Shown here one piece after another: positions 63,775-64,000 of a DNA stretch of 64,000 bases. Position 1 is the first letter of the stretch. Every line of letters starts with the position of its first letter. Both the position numbers and the translations under genes were made by a program. The DNA is taken from the NCBI GenBank assembly GCA_963787255.1, contig CAWBCJ010000010.1:148373-212372 (forward strand), given 5' to 3'. The stretch comes from Methanobacteriota archaeon. GTDB taxonomy: Archaea; Methanobacteriota; Methanobacteria; Methanobacteriales; Methanobacteriaceae. A model generated the notes under the pieces. That model made no database searches. It was given only the letters and a program-made list of their open reading frames with translations, and was not told the DNA's origin.

Positions 63775-63899
63775 TGATTATAATTATCGTACTTATTAGT
63801 TATATCCTTGTGATGGATGGCGTTACCGAACAAAAGCTGAATGAGAGCAAATGCCTGCAAGAAAATGAGAATAATTAAGGTTAAAAAATTAAATTTCAT
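63771..63899 (-). CDS. Possible 42-aa hydrophobic small protein
   Basis: MKFNFLTLIILIFLQAFALIQLLFGNAIHHKDITNKYDNYNQ; TGA overlaps the next GTG start; no clear SD. Confidence 0.35.
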   Translation of the reverse strand: MKFNFLTLIILIFLQAFALIQLLFGNAIHHKDITNKYDNYNQ

Positions 63900-64000
63900 T
63901 TATTTTTTTTATTATTGCTAATGCTTTCGGTCTTTTGAAATATTTTATGAATTAATATTATTGTTAACAATTAACATCTATTTAGAAAATTGTAATTAAA

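Overview
AT-rich chromosomal segment of a Methanobacteriales archaeon, most likely Methanobacterium. This is supported by pseudomurein-binding repeat proteins, AglB, DGGGP synthase, MptE and the archaeal rnp4-rps19e-rpl39e-rpl31e-eIF6-rpl18a-pfdA-ftsY cluster. A conserved housekeeping backbone (aglB, CBS, DRG GTPase, thi4, AK6, ribosomal cluster, dUTPase, acs, ALS-like, aminotransferase, mptE, cdc6, archease, rtcB, mtnP, nadA) is interrupted by accessory genes and gene relics. No rRNA, tRNA, CRISPR array, integrase or transposase was seen. Main leads: (1) a bacterial-type CbrA-like flavoprotein gene followed by an integron attC-like site, inserted in the backbone; (2) two convergent cell-wall protein genes about 22 kb apart that share near-identical, mosaic, inverted ~477-bp repeat arrays, so an inversion would swap catalytic domains; (3) a degenerate MshEN-like domain fused to a Cys-His-Asp domain; (4) a DUF2193-DUF2180-aquaporin operon; (5) a 30-aa very basic ORF after ftsY that is too short for the ORF track. 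Frameshifts cluster at 24-26 kb and 47-54 kb, and many probably reflect assembly or consensus errors. All family assignments come from motif recognition, not database searches.
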